A program made the translations under genes and the position numbers. Shown in pieces: positions 18,675-28,576 of a stretch of DNA of 64,000 bases; the stretch's first letter is position 1; every line of letters begins with the position of its first letter. The notes under the pieces are model-generated. The model saw only the letters and a program-made list of their open reading frames with translations, was not told where the DNA came from and ran no database searches. Location: assembly GCA_934717855.1 (NCBI GenBank), contig CAKUZI010000004.1, positions 43,973 through 107,972 of the forward strand, written 5' to 3'. The DNA comes from an uncultured Candidatus Melainabacteria bacterium. Lineage in GTDB: Bacteria; Cyanobacteriota; Vampirovibrionia; Gastranaerophilales; Gastranaerophilaceae.

Positions 18675-19403
18675 ATGAAAAAAGAGGTAAAAAGAGTTGT
18701 CGGGGGGGGGGGCAATCGCGTTGGTAAATTAGCCTTTACGTTGGCAGAGGTTTTGTTAACTCTTGGTATTATTGGGGTTGTGGTGGTTTTGACAATTTTT
18801 GCGCTTGTTGGAAAATATTCTGATATGCAAAAGTCAGTTGCGTTAAAGAAAGCTTATACTAATTTAAGTCAAGCAATATTGATGTCTCAGCAAGAACATG
18901 GAGAACTTGCTGATTGGGATAGAGCTCCTTATCATCGTAAAGGAATGCTTGAATGGTCTAATGAGTATATTTTTAAATATATGAAAAAAGTTACTGCTTG
19001 TGAAGGTGGAAATAGTGCTATAAAATGTCCGACTGACGCTGATAGAATTTGCAATGCAGAAAATAAAAATTGCAATTCGGTTACTCTTAGGATGGCTGTA
19101 TATGTGCTTGCAGATGGCGAGAATATATATATTTTTAGTGGTGGAAATCCTGTTGCAGGAAAAAGTGATTTTTTACATATCTTAGTTGATACAAATGGGG
19201 TTAAAAAGCCGAATGTGTTTGGGAAAGATGTGTTTGTTTTTACTCTTTGGTTGAATGATAGAGCAGGAAAGCCTTTAAAAAGTTGGGGGTGTACATCGAG
19301 CAGAGATATGGCTCTTACATGTTGTAAAAATAGCTCAGAAAAATGCGCTGGTTTGTTAGAATTGGATAACTGGGAATTTAAAAAAGATTATCCTTGGCGA
19401 TAA
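18675..19403 (+). CDS. prepilin-type N-terminal cleavage/methylation domain protein (type IV pilin-like / pseudopilin) with a G11 tract in the leader-peptide codons
   Basis: 242 aa. Leader MKKEVKRVVGGGGNRVGKLA, then FTLAEVLLTLGIIGVVVV (Glu at +5). GGAGGG RBS. Homopolymer G11 at 18702..18712 encodes GGGG. Confidence 0.7.
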   Translation: MKKEVKRVVGGGGNRVGKLAFTLAEVLLTLGIIGVVVVLTIFALVGKYSDMQKSVALKKAYTNLSQAILMSQQEHGELADWDRAPYHRKGMLEWSNEYIFKYMKKVTACEGGNSAIKCPTDADRICNAENKNCNSVTLRMAVYVLADGENIYIFSGGNPVAGKSDFLHILVDTNGVKKPNVFGKDVFVFTLWLNDRAGKPLKSWGCTSSRDMALTCCKNSSEKCAGLLELDNWEFKKDYPWR

Positions 19404-19660
19404 TTTGTTTAATTAAAAATAAAATAATTAGAAATGTTAAGAAAAATTTACAAAATCCTGAAAAGTTGCTTTAATCACGATTTTTATAGAAACAAGTCTT
19501 TGTTGATAGTGTGGCGTTTTTAAAAAAACAATCAGAGATTTTTGTACATCATTTGCCCGAAAACCATGGCTGTACTGCTTGCAAACTAATTTTTAGCAAG
19601 TAAGATTAATTAAGGTGCACAATTGTGCCGCAATGCCGAAATTTGAAAAGGAAATATTAA

Positions 19661-19876
19661 ATGGCAAAAGATGTAATCGAATTAGAAGGTACTATTTTAG
19701 AAGCTATGCCGAATGCAATGTTCCGTGTAAAGCTTGAAAATGACCACGAAATACTCGCTCATATATCAGGTAAAATTAGAAAGAATTTCATCAGAATTCT
19801 TCCTGGAGACAAAGTGAAAGTCGAAATGACGCCTTACGATTTGAGCAGAGGTAGAATAACATTCAGACTTAAATAA
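19661..19876 (+). CDS. infA: translation initiation factor IF-1
   Basis: 71 aa. [11 protein letters not shown]...[34 protein letters not shown]1-like fold sequence. Confidence 0.9.
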   Translation: MAKDVIELEGTILEAMPNAMFRVKLENDHEILAHISGKIRKNFIRILPGDKVKVEMTPYDLSRGRITFRLK

Positions 19877-19903
19877 TGTACACAAAACATAAAGGAAAAC
19901 ACA

Positions 19904-20017
19904 ATGAAAGTAAGATCATCAGTAAAACCAATTTGCGATAAATGCAAATGTATTAAAAGAAAAGGAAGAATCGCTATTATTTGCGAAAACCCTAAACACA
20001 AACAAAGACAAGGTTAA
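19904..20017 (+). CDS. rpmJ: 50S ribosomal protein L36
   Basis: 37 aa [37 protein letters not shown]. Canonical L36 zinc ribbon. GGAAAAC RBS. Confidence 0.85.
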   Translation: MKVRSSVKPICDKCKCIKRKGRIAIICENPKHKQRQG

Positions 20018-20022
20018 TTTTT

Positions 20023-20117
20023 GTGTAGTGCGCCGCGTGAGCTTTGGGCGAGCCAAAAATAGGAAAAGTTTTGTTTTCATATAAAAGCGAGCAGCAACAG
20101 AGCGAACCCAGCACGAA
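20023..20117. repeat. intergenic repeat (rpmJ-rpsM spacer), copy 1
   Basis: GTGCGCCGCGTGAGCTTTGGGCGAGCC ... AGCAACAGAGCGAACCCAGCACGAAG. Shared with 21197..21310. Confidence 0.65.
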
Positions 20118-20302
20118 GTAACACGAAGCATAGTGAACGGAAATTTTCGGAGAAAATGCAGTGAACGACAGCGTAGTGTGAAACAAAAATTAATTCAATT
20201 AGTAAAAGAGCCCGAAACTACGGGGCTAGACAGTGGTTGGTGAGGAAGTATTTAACCCTCATACACAAAAAAATCTAACAACAAGAAAGGAAAATTAAAA
20301 CA

Positions 20303-20674
20303 ATGGCAAGACTATCTGGGGTAGATTTACCTCGTAACAAAAGAATGGAAATCGCGTTAACATATATTTACGGGATTGGACCAACTAGAGCTAAAAAAAT
20401 TCTTGAAGCTACTAAAATTTCACCAGATTTGAGAACAGATGACTTAACAGATGAAGATATTAAATTGTTAAGAAACGAATTAGCTAACTACCACATCGAA
20501 GGTGACTTGAGACGTGAAGTTTCATTACACATCAAACGTCTTCAAGAAATCGGTTCTTACAGAGGAATGAGACATAAACGTAATCTTCCTTGCCGTGGAC
20601 AAAGAACAAAAACAAACGGTAGAACAAGACGTGGTAAAAAAGGCTTGGCTATCACTAAAAAGAAAACAGTATAG
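20303..20674 (+). CDS. rpsM: 30S ribosomal protein S13
   Basis: 123 aa. [26 protein letters not shown]... Confidence 0.95.
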   Translation: MARLSGVDLPRNKRMEIALTYIYGIGPTRAKKILEATKISPDLRTDDLTDEDIKLLRNELANYHIEGDLRREVSLHIKRLQEIGSYRGMRHKRNLPCRGQRTKTNGRTRRGKKGLAITKKKTV

Positions 20675-20814
20675 TGTATAGTGCGGTGAATAAAGGCAGC
20701 TAAGCAGCTAAGATGCGAGGCAGCTAAGCGAAATTAAGAACTTTACTATAACTTATTCGCAGATTCACTTATTAACTTGATAAATTAAAAAGAAAAACAT
20801 AAAGGAAAGTAAAA

Positions 20815-21201
20815 ATGGCAAGACCAGTAAAAACAAAGAAAAAAGAAAAGAAGAACGTATTGCAAGGTGTTGTACACATTCAATCAACATTCAACAATAC
20901 AATCGTAACTTCAACTGATACTCAAGGTAATGCTATTGCTTGGGCAACAGCAGGTGCTACAGGTTTTAAAGGTGCTAGAAAAGGAACTCCGTTCGCAGCT
21001 CAATCAGCAGCTGAACTAGTAGCTAAAAAATCAATCGACCAAGGTATGAAAAAAGTTGAAGTTCATATCAAAGGACCTGGTTCAGGTAGAGAAACTGCAA
21101 TCAGAGCAATCCAAGCTGCTGGTTTGGAAATTACATTGATTAAAGATGTTACTCCAATCCCTCACAACGGATGTCGTCCACCTAAAAAACGTAGAGTGTA
21201 G
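20815..21201 (+). CDS. rpsK: 30S ribosomal protein S11
   Basis: 128 aa. [18 protein letters not shown]...[12 protein letters not shown]. Confidence 0.95.
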   Translation: MARPVKTKKKEKKNVLQGVVHIQSTFNNTIVTSTDTQGNAIAWATAGATGFKGARKGTPFAAQSAAELVAKKSIDQGMKKVEVHIKGPGSGRETAIRAIQAAGLEITLIKDVTPIPHNGCRPPKKRRV

Positions 21202-21310
21202 TGGATTTTGGCGAGTGCGCCGTGTGAGCTTAGGCGAGCCGAGTATAGGAAAAGTATTTTAACTTATTTAGGTGAGCAACAACAAAGCGAACCCAGCACG
21301 ACCTCACGAG
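21197..21310. repeat. intergenic repeat (rpsK-rpsD spacer), copy 2; begins at the rpsK stop codon
   Basis: GAGTGCGCCGTGTGAGCTTAGGCGAGCC ... GAGCAACAACAAAGCGAACCCAGCACGA. About 85% identical to copy 1. Confidence 0.65.
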
Positions 21311-21472
21311 AAACTTTATGAAACGGAATAAATTTTATAAAAATTTATGTAGTGGAATGAAAAGTTTCGAGTTGCCAACAATCTAAGATTACAAAAAATA
21401 ATTAACCGCAGGGGCTTGCTTTTAAGCCAAGAAGTGAACCATAGATGCCCTGCAAAAGAAAAGGAGAAAATA

Positions 21473-22075
21473 ATGGCTAGATACACAGGACCTTCTAATA
21501 AATTATTTAGAAACAAAAAAGTAAAAGATTTGTCAAATAGAAAATTAACATCTTCTATGAAACAAAACGCTTCAGGTCAACACGGTGCAGTTAGAAAGAA
21601 ACTTTCAGAATATGCTTTGCACTTGACAGAAAAACAAAAAATTAGATTTACATATTTAGTAAGCGAAAAACAATTCGCTAAATATTATAATGAAGCAGCT
21701 AGAAGAAAAGGCGTTACAGGTACTATCTTGTTACAAATTCTTGAATCAAGATTGGACAACGTTCTATTCAGAGCTGGTTTGGGTATCACTCGTAAACAAA
21801 CAAGACAAATCGTTAACCACGGTCATGTTCTTGTAAATGATAAAAAAGTTGATATTCCATCATTCCTTGTTAAAGCAGGCGATGTAATCACAATTAAAGC
21901 AAAAAGTAACGCTTTCTTGAAAAGTGTTGGTGAATTAATTGATATGCCTTGCTCAGCAGCATGGTTGACAGTTGATAAAGAGGCTCTAAAAATCACTTTC
22001 GATAGAATTCCTGAAAGAGAAGAATTAGATCCAGATTTCAAAGAACAACTTGTAATTGAGTACTACTCTAAGTAA
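21473..22075 (+). CDS. rpsD: 30S ribosomal protein S4
   Basis: Start at MARYTGPS, with an AAGGAGAA RBS. S4 domain VNHGHVLVNDKKVDIPSF. Confidence 0.95.
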   Translation: MARYTGPSNKLFRNKKVKDLSNRKLTSSMKQNASGQHGAVRKKLSEYALHLTEKQKIRFTYLVSEKQFAKYYNEAARRKGVTGTILLQILESRLDNVLFRAGLGITRKQTRQIVNHGHVLVNDKKVDIPSFLVKAGDVITIKAKSNAFLKSVGELIDMPCSAAWLTVDKEALKITFDRIPEREELDPDFKEQLVIEYYSK

Positions 22076-22198
22076 TAGAGGGTAAGAGGCTTGGAAGACG
22101 GGAAGTCAAACTATTAGTTATAATAGTCTGAACTGAAAACTTCATAACCTTTAAAAACAAAACAAATAGTTAATCGAAAAACTAGGAGATTAAATAAA

Positions 22199-23164
22199 AT
22201 GGAATTAAAAATTAAAAATGTTAATACAACAACAAGTTCTGACGGCTCACAATATGGTAAGTTTGTTATCGAACCGTTGGAAAAAGGTTTTGGTACAACA
22301 ATTGGTAATTCTTTGAGAAGAGTACTTTTGTCTAGCCTTGAAGGTACAGCAGTTACTGCGGCTAGAATTGAAGGTATCACTCACGAATACACAGCAATTC
22401 CAGGTGTATTGGAAGACGTTATCGATGTAATGCTTAACCTTAAAGGATTAGTTGTAAAAACTGATTCCAAAGAACCTCAACAACTTAGAATAGATGTTGA
22501 TCGTCCGGGTGCAGTACTCGCAAGTGATATTCAGCTTCCTGCAGGTGTTAAAGTTGTTAACCCTGACTGGTTGATTTGTACTGTTGCAGATGGCGGAAGC
22601 TTCCACGCTGACGTTACTGTTGAAACAGGCAAAGGATACGTTGCTCATGATGTTCCAAGAGATTCAAAAGGCGTTTCAATTGACGTTCTTCCTATCGATG
22701 CAACATTTATGCCTATTAAACGTGTTAGCTACAACGTAGAAAGCACTCGTGTAGGTGATTCTATTGACTTCGATAAATTGACTCTTGAAATTTGGTCTAA
22801 CGGATCTATTGATGTTACAAATGCTTTGAGCCAAGCAGCTAACCTATTGATTGACCACTTTATGCAAATCGCTTCAATTACTGGTCAACCGGTAATTACT
22901 CCATCAATGGCTATTGAAGAAGAAAAAGAAGATGATTCTAACGCTCCTACAATGACTATTGAAGAATTGGAACTTTCAGTTAGAGCTTACAACTGTTTGA
23001 AACGTGCAAGCATCAATTCAATGGCTGAATTGTTGAAAAAATCAGAACATGATTTATTAAACATTAAAAACTTCGGTAAGAAATCTTCTGACGAAGTTAT
23101 CGAAAGACTTCATCACTTTGGTTTAGACTTAGCTCCAAACCCTGAAGTTGAAGAAGAAGTTTAA
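22199..23164 (+). CDS. rpoA: DNA-directed RNA polymerase alpha subunit
   Basis: 321 aa. N-terminal dimerisation and insert domains. C-terminal alpha-CTD LELSVRAYNCLKRA. Confidence 0.95.
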   Translation: MELKIKNVNTTTSSDGSQYGKFVIEPLEKGFGTTIGNSLRRVLLSSLEGTAVTAARIEGITHEYTAIPGVLEDVIDVMLNLKGLVVKTDSKEPQQLRIDVDRPGAVLASDIQLPAGVKVVNPDWLICTVADGGSFHADVTVETGKGYVAHDVPRDSKGVSIDVLPIDATFMPIKRVSYNVESTRVGDSIDFDKLTLEIWSNGSIDVTNALSQAANLLIDHFMQIASITGQPVITPSMAIEEEKEDDSNAPTMTIEELELSVRAYNCLKRASINSMAELLKKSEHDLLNIKNFGKKSSDEVIERLHHFGLDLAPNPEVEEEV

Positions 23165-23308
23165 GAAGTAGTTAGGACGATGAGGCGATAAGTCGTTAAG
23201 TCTGTTACAATTTCAAATGAAGTGATAATACAAACATAATGTCGAACGTCTTAAAAACTTAACATCTTAATAAAAACAATATAAGAAAAAATATAAAGGA
23301 AAACTAAA

Positions 23309-23737
23309 ATGAGACACCAAACTAAGAAAAATACGCTAGGAAAGGCAAAGGATCAAAGAGATGCTTTGTTGCGTTCATTGGCGACTGAACTTTTTGTACA
23401 TGGTGAAATCAAAACAACTATGGCTAGAGCAAAAGCTTTACAACCATATGCTGAAGAGATTATCACTCTTGCAAAAAGAGGCGATCTTCACGCTCGTCGT
23501 CAAGCTGCTAAATTCATTTTTGACAAAGAAACTGGTAAATTCATGGATTTAGCTTCAGGCGAAGTTTTTGATGCTCCTCAAGCAGACAAAAAATTAGCTG
23601 ACGAAACAGTTTTGAGAAAACTTTTCGTAATCATCGGTAAAAAATATTCTGACCGCAAAGGTGGTTACACAAGAATATTCAGATTACCTCCAAGACGCGG
23701 TGACGCTTCTGAAATGGCTTTAATCCAATTGGTATAA
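23309..23737 (+). CDS. rplQ: 50S ribosomal protein L17
   Basis: 142 aa. RDALLRSLATELFVHGEIKTT. Confidence 0.9.
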   Translation: MRHQTKKNTLGKAKDQRDALLRSLATELFVHGEIKTTMARAKALQPYAEEIITLAKRGDLHARRQAAKFIFDKETGKFMDLASGEVFDAPQADKKLADETVLRKLFVIIGKKYSDRKGGYTRIFRLPPRRGDASEMALIQLV

Positions 23738-23741
23738 GCCT

Positions 23742-24512
23742 ATGCGTTACGCGCTTCAAGTTCAGTATATCGGTAAGAATTACGCCGGAAGTCAAATTCA
23801 ATTTGAAAATGGTATAGAAATTCAAACTCCGACAGTACAAGGTGAACTTGAAAAAGCAATCAGTACATTGATATTCGGTGATACCGAAAATAAAAACCGA
23901 CAACTTAAAACAGTCTTTTCCGGAAGAACTGACAAAGGTGTTAATTCAAAAGGGCAAGTCATTCATTTTGATACAGATAAATCTATTGTTGCTTCAAAGT
24001 TTGTCTATCAGTTGAATGAAATATTGCCACCTGATATTTCTGTCAGTGATTTGAAAGAAGTCGATGATAAGTTTCACGCTCAGAAATCTGCCAAACGTAG
24101 GTATTACAGATTTGTTTTTATTAACAGAAAATGTAAGAATGCGTTTGACGGAGATTTGATGCGGGTTAAGTATCCAGTTGATATTGAAAGAATGCAAAAA
24201 GCTCTTGATTTTATCAAAGGTGAACATGATTTTTCAAGTTTCAAAAGTTCCGGAACGCTAAACCCAAGCAAGATTTGTTTTATAGAAAAAGCCACTTGTC
24301 ACAAAGATGGTGATAACGTGATTATAGATATTGTGGGAAATAGATTTCTTTACAATATGGTAAGAACAATTGTCGGAACCCTTTTAGAAATAGAAGGACA
24401 TAAACTACCTGCAGAACATATGGAGCAAGTTTTAATGGCTTGTGATAGACGGAAAGCAGGACAAACTGTCAGTCCGTATGGATTGACACTAATGAAAGTA
24501 GAATACAATTAA
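23742..24512 (+). CDS. truA: tRNA pseudouridine(38-40) synthase
   Basis: 256 aa. GRTDKGVNSKGQVIHFD catalytic Asp region. Canonical position downstream of rplQ. Confidence 0.9.
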   Translation: MRYALQVQYIGKNYAGSQIQFENGIEIQTPTVQGELEKAISTLIFGDTENKNRQLKTVFSGRTDKGVNSKGQVIHFDTDKSIVASKFVYQLNEILPPDISVSDLKEVDDKFHAQKSAKRRYYRFVFINRKCKNAFDGDLMRVKYPVDIERMQKALDFIKGEHDFSSFKSSGTLNPSKICFIEKATCHKDGDNVIIDIVGNRFLYNMVRTIVGTLLEIEGHKLPAEHMEQVLMACDRRKAGQTVSPYGLTLMKVEYN

Positions 24513-24545
24513 CCTTATTAAGGTAAAAATAAACGGAGATAAAGC

Positions 24546-24983
24546 ATGAAAACATATTCAGCAAAACCTCTAGAAGTTGAAAGAAAATGGTATGTAATTG
24601 ATGCTGAGGGTGAAATCCTTGGTAGATTGGCAACCAGAGTAGCAAATATTTTAAGAGGAAAAAATAAACCTGAATACACTCCAAACGTTGATACAGGTGA
24701 TTTCGTTATCGTAATCAATGCTGACAAAGTTTTGGTTTCAGGTAAAAAAGAAACTGATAAAATTTACTACCACCACACAGGTTTCCCAGGTGGTTTGAAA
24801 TCAGCAAGCGTAAAAGAATTACGTGAAAAAGATGCAAGACTTTTAATCGAAAAAGCTGTTAAAGGTATGCTTCAACACAATACATTGGGTGATACTCAAT
24901 TTACTAAATTGAAAGTATACAACGGACCTGAACATCCACACGCAGCTCAAAAACCTATCGTGTTGGAAAAGGAGGCTAAATAG
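24546..24983 (+). CDS. rplM: 50S ribosomal protein L13
   Basis: 145 aa. [27 protein letters not shown]. Confidence 0.95.
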   Translation: MKTYSAKPLEVERKWYVIDAEGEILGRLATRVANILRGKNKPEYTPNVDTGDFVIVINADKVLVSGKKETDKIYYHHTGFPGGLKSASVKELREKDARLLIEKAVKGMLQHNTLGDTQFTKLKVYNGPEHPHAAQKPIVLEKEAK

Positions 24984-24985
24984 TT

Positions 24986-25381
24986 ATGGCAGATAAAGAA
25001 ATTATGGCTACAGGCCGTAGAAAGACATCTATCGCAGTTGTAAAACTTGTAAAAGGTAAAGGTAGAATTTTTGTTAACGGTAAAACTTTGAAAAACTATA
25101 TCGGTAACAGACCTGCTATCGAAATGTTAGTTTACAGACCATTAGTTTTAACTGACAACCAAGAAAAATATGATGTAAGAGTTAAAGCAGTAGGTGGCGG
25201 TATCGTTGCTCAATGTGGAGCTATCAGACATGGTATTTCAAGAGCTTTGGTTAAAGCAAACGAAGAATACAAAAACGTATTACGTTTAGAAGGTTTGTTA
25301 ACTCGTGACCCACGTGTAAAAGAACGTAAAAAATACGGTCGCAAACGTGCAAGAAAACGTTTCCAATTCTCAAAACGTTAA
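24986..25381 (+). CDS. rpsI: 30S ribosomal protein S9
   Basis: 131 aa. GRRKTSIAVVKL ... C-terminal KKYGRKRARKRFQFSKR. Confidence 0.95.
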   Translation: MADKEIMATGRRKTSIAVVKLVKGKGRIFVNGKTLKNYIGNRPAIEMLVYRPLVLTDNQEKYDVRVKAVGGGIVAQCGAIRHGISRALVKANEEYKNVLRLEGLLTRDPRVKERKKYGRKRARKRFQFSKR

Positions 25382-25414
25382 TCAACTTGCGAGTTTCGCA
25401 AAAACAATATTTCA

Positions 25415-25452
25415 AAAAAGAACGGCAGAAATGTCGTTCTTTTTTTGTATTT
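25415..25452 (+). terminator. rho-independent terminator ending the ribosomal operon
   Basis: AAGAACGGCAGAAATGTCGTTCTT hairpin plus TTTTTTTG. Confidence 0.65.
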
Positions 25453-25671
25453 GAAATGAATAGGTTAATAAGTGTGTGTACCATTAGAGGTTACTAGGTT
25501 ATTAAGTAATTGAGCGTGTGATTGATTTTGATTGGCAATCTCGCTTCCTATAAGAATTAAAGAACACCTTTGTTAACTTTTGTAACAAAAGAGGCAAGTT
25601 GTGAAATTGGAGGTTTTCAAAATACTTTATATAAGCAAGAGAGATAAATAAAAAACATAAGGAGAGATGAG

Positions 25672-25998
25672 ATGACTTTTTTAGCATTGGATGCACAGAA
25701 AAATTTATTTACATTGCAGAAAAGCCAACTGCAATTTGAACAAACACTTGTAATGAGCAGATGTAATTATATTACAAAACAAATGGGTTATAGAGCTCAA
25801 GAGTTGGAAGCTAAAGATATTGATACTGATGATGATCCAACTTATATCCAGTTACAACAAGAAGAATCGTACTTAGAGACTAGACAGGATTCTTTGGATT
25901 CGCAAATTAGTTTGATGGAAAACGAAATTTCAAGTTTGAAGAACCTTGTAAATAGTAATATTAAGTCTTCTTGCACATTGAACTTAATCAGTGGCTAG
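25672..25998 (+). CDS. small hypothetical coiled-coil protein; possibly a short member of the family at 15108 and 38236
   Basis: 108 aa. GGAGAGATGAGATG RBS. C-terminal ...SLKNLVNSNIKSSCT loosely resembles the KNVESSFKTFG tail. N-terminus ALDAQKNLFTLQKSQLQFEQ loosely resembles SASQARFLGLTARKTNVEFEGQQ. Confidence 0.35.
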   Translation: MTFLALDAQKNLFTLQKSQLQFEQTLVMSRCNYITKQMGYRAQELEAKDIDTDDDPTYIQLQQEESYLETRQDSLDSQISLMENEISSLKNLVNSNIKSSCTLNLISG

Positions 25999-26116
25999 TA
26001 CTAAATACTTGATACTAGAATATTTATTCACAAATATTCGTCATCTTGAGTGTTAGCGAAAGATCTTATTAAGATTCTTCGGGCTTAAATTCCCAATTGT
26101 CCTCAAAATGACAGAC

Positions 26117-26947
26117 TTATTTTTCAGCCAATTCCACAGTATTAAGCATTAAAGATGCAATTGTCATTGGGCCTACACCGCCCGGAACCGGAGAAATATA
26201 TGCGGTTACCTTAGAAACATTTTCAAAATCAACATCACCGCTGATTTTTCCGTTCTCATCTCTAAAAATTCCCACATCAATAACAACACAATTTGATTTT
26301 AACATTTTTTCCCCTATAACATTTTTTCCCACTGCTGACACTACAATATCAGCAGTTTTTGTTATTTCGGAAAGATTTTTTGTATGGCTATGGCACATTG
26401 TAACTGTTGCATTTCTATTTAAAAGCATTTGAGCAACCGGTTTACCAACCAGGTTTGAACGCCCTATAACCACAATGTTTTTCCCATCTAATTCAATATT
26501 ATATTCATCCAATAGCAATAAAATTCCTTTTGGGGTGCATGGGTAAACATAAGGTTTTTCCCCTGAAAACAATTTACCTAAGTTGTAAGGAGTTAAGCCA
26601 TCAACATCTTTTTGCGGTAATATAGCGTCAATTACCTTATTTTTGTTAATGTGTTTTGGAAGTGGCAATTGAACTAAAATTGCAGTAACATTTTTATCAT
26701 TATTTAATTCTTCTATTTTTGCAACAAGTTCTTTTTCACTAATATCTGCAGGATATTCGATAGACAAAGAATTTATTCCAAGTTTTTCTGCTGTCTTTTT
26801 TTTGTTGCGAACATAAATTTGACTTGCAGGATTTTCTCCAACCAAAATTACGGCTAGAGTTGGTTTTTTCTTCATTTTATCTATTTTCTCTTTTAAATCT
26901 TCAAAAATTTTATCTCTTAATTTTTTACCGTCTAATATTGTTGTCAT
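26117..26947 (-). CDS. folD: bifunctional methylene-THF dehydrogenase/methenyl-THF cyclohydrolase
   Basis: 276 aa. YVRNKKKTAEKLGI. GRSNLVGKPVAQML. PGGVGPMTIASLMLNT. Confidence 0.9.
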   Translation of the reverse strand: MTTILDGKKLRDKIFEDLKEKIDKMKKKPTLAVILVGENPASQIYVRNKKKTAEKLGINSLSIEYPADISEKELVAKIEELNNDKNVTAILVQLPLPKHINKNKVIDAILPQKDVDGLTPYNLGKLFSGEKPYVYPCTPKGILLLLDEYNIELDGKNIVVIGRSNLVGKPVAQMLLNRNATVTMCHSHTKNLSEITKTADIVVSAVGKNVIGEKMLKSNCVVIDVGIFRDENGKISGDVDFENVSKVTAYISPVPGGVGPMTIASLMLNTVELAEK

Positions 26948-26948
26948 T

Positions 26949-27701
26949 TTACTCCCTTACTTGAGGTAAATTTAATCTAAAATAAAACTGTTTAATGGCA
27001 TCTTGTACAATTTTAGATTCTCTATCCATTGAATGCGATTTTAATTCTTCATCAAGAGGAACTACCCCAAGAACATCCAAATCATAGCGTTTTAAAAATT
27101 CATATAAATTGTTTAAATTAGAGCCGTCCGCTTTGTTAATTACAACTCCGAGTTGATTTCCAGCGGAATATTTTGCGCTGAATTCTTCAATACGTTTAGC
27201 AAGATGAGCGCTTTCATCAGTCGGGTTCGCAACGATGATTGTTGTATCAATATCTGTATCAACTAGTTGATTTAAGTATTTTAAATCGAATTCACAATCA
27301 AAGATTACTATATCATATCTTTCGATAAGTTTTAAAACGGCATCGTTAATTTGTCCTGTTATTGGACAACGACAGTCTTTTGAACCAACAAACCAAGAAA
27401 CAATAATATCAACGTTTTCGTCTAATGATACAACAATGTCTTCCATTGCCCATTCAACGTATTCTTGTTTGGACATTCCTTCTGGAATTCCTGTTTTATA
27501 TTCGTGTTTCCCGCTTCTGATACCATAAATTGTATTTCTAATATCAAGTCCAAAACTGTGCCCAAGTTCACTAGTTAAATCATTATCAAACAAGAGTATT
27601 GATTTATCCGGAAAATATTCTTGAAAAACTCTCAAAAACCCTTTTACAATCGTGGTTTTGCCACTTCCGCTTTTCCCTGTAACAGCTAATTTAAAAGTCA
27701 T
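26949..27701 (-). CDS. MinD/ParA-superfamily P-loop ATPase (CooC-like)
   Basis: 250 aa. AVTGKSGSGKTT deviant Walker A. LLFDNDL. Stop lies 2 nt from the folD start. Confidence 0.5.
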   Translation of the reverse strand: MTFKLAVTGKSGSGKTTIVKGFLRVFQEYFPDKSILLFDNDLTSELGHSFGLDIRNTIYGIRSGKHEYKTGIPEGMSKQEYVEWAMEDIVVSLDENVDIIVSWFVGSKDCRCPITGQINDAVLKLIERYDIVIFDCEFDLKYLNQLVDTDIDTTIIVANPTDESAHLAKRIEEFSAKYSAGNQLGVVINKADGSNLNNLYEFLKRYDLDVLGVVPLDEELKSHSMDRESKIVQDAIKQFYFRLNLPQVRE

Positions 27702-27781
27702 AAACCTCTCTTTATAAAAAAAGAAGACATATTTTCAAGATAAATGAAAATTATGTCTTCTCTTTTATGAATTCATATCAC

Positions 27782-28279
27782 CTATTCTTCAGTTTCTTCT
27801 GCAACTTCTTCAACAGCTTCTTTAAGAACTTCTGAAGCAGTAACTACAACAGCTAATTCACATTTAACTTTAGAAGTCAACTTGATTAGCATAGTGTATT
27901 CACCAACTTTATTGATAGGAGCGTTCAAAGAAACGTTCTTTCTATCAACTTCAATGCCTGATTTAGCCAACAATTCTTCAGCTAATTTTTTAGTTGTAAT
28001 TGTACCGAACAACTTGCCAGATTCACCAGCTTTAGCAGAAAGTTCAAGTTTAGCGAATTCTTCAATTTTCTTAGCTGTTTCAAGAGCTTCTGCGTGTAAT
28101 TTTTCTTGTTTAGCTTTAATTCTAGCTAAGTTTTTTTCTCTGTTTTCCAAAGCGCCTTTTGTAGCTACTTCAGCAACTGCTTGTGGAAGCAAAAAGTTTC
28201 TAGCATAACCGTCTTTTACATTAACGATATCGCCTGCTTCACCTAGGTTTTGAACATCTTTTTTCAATATAACCTGCAT
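27782..28279 (-). CDS. rplI: 50S ribosomal protein L9
   Basis: Start at MQVILKKDVQNLGEAGDIVNVKDGYARNFLLPQ, with a GGAGATAT RBS. The ORF-track upstream extension lacks an RBS. Confidence 0.85.
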   Translation of the reverse strand: MQVILKKDVQNLGEAGDIVNVKDGYARNFLLPQAVAEVATKGALENREKNLARIKAKQEKLHAEALETAKKIEEFAKLELSAKAGESGKLFGTITTKKLAEELLAKSGIEVDRKNVSLNAPINKVGEYTMLIKLTSKVKCELAVVVTASEVLKEAVEEVAEETEE

Positions 28280-28576
28280 TTTATATCTCCTTTTATTTAT
28301 TATAATTGTACTATTTATATTCGCAAGTAAGCTCATTTTACACTAAACAAAACTTAATGTCGAGTGTTTTTTTCGGAATGTAAAGAAAATAGCGGAGTTT
28401 AATAGGAAATTTTAAAAGTGAGAAGTATATAATGAGTTGTGAGTAGTTTGTATCATAAAAATTAATGATTTTTTTTGTATAATTAAGAATTGTAAAGAAA
28501 CTCTACTTAAATAACAAAATTTAAGCTTGATTGCATTTATCAGCTATATGTGTAGTGATTATTGAAAGGTTTTATT

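Noticed and set aside
26949-27701. Calling the P-loop protein MinD or ParA specifically.
   Set aside because: Walker A is GKSGSGKTT rather than the KGGxGKT(T/S) of MinD/ParA. There is no MinE or ParB nearby. Left as a CooC-like superfamily member.
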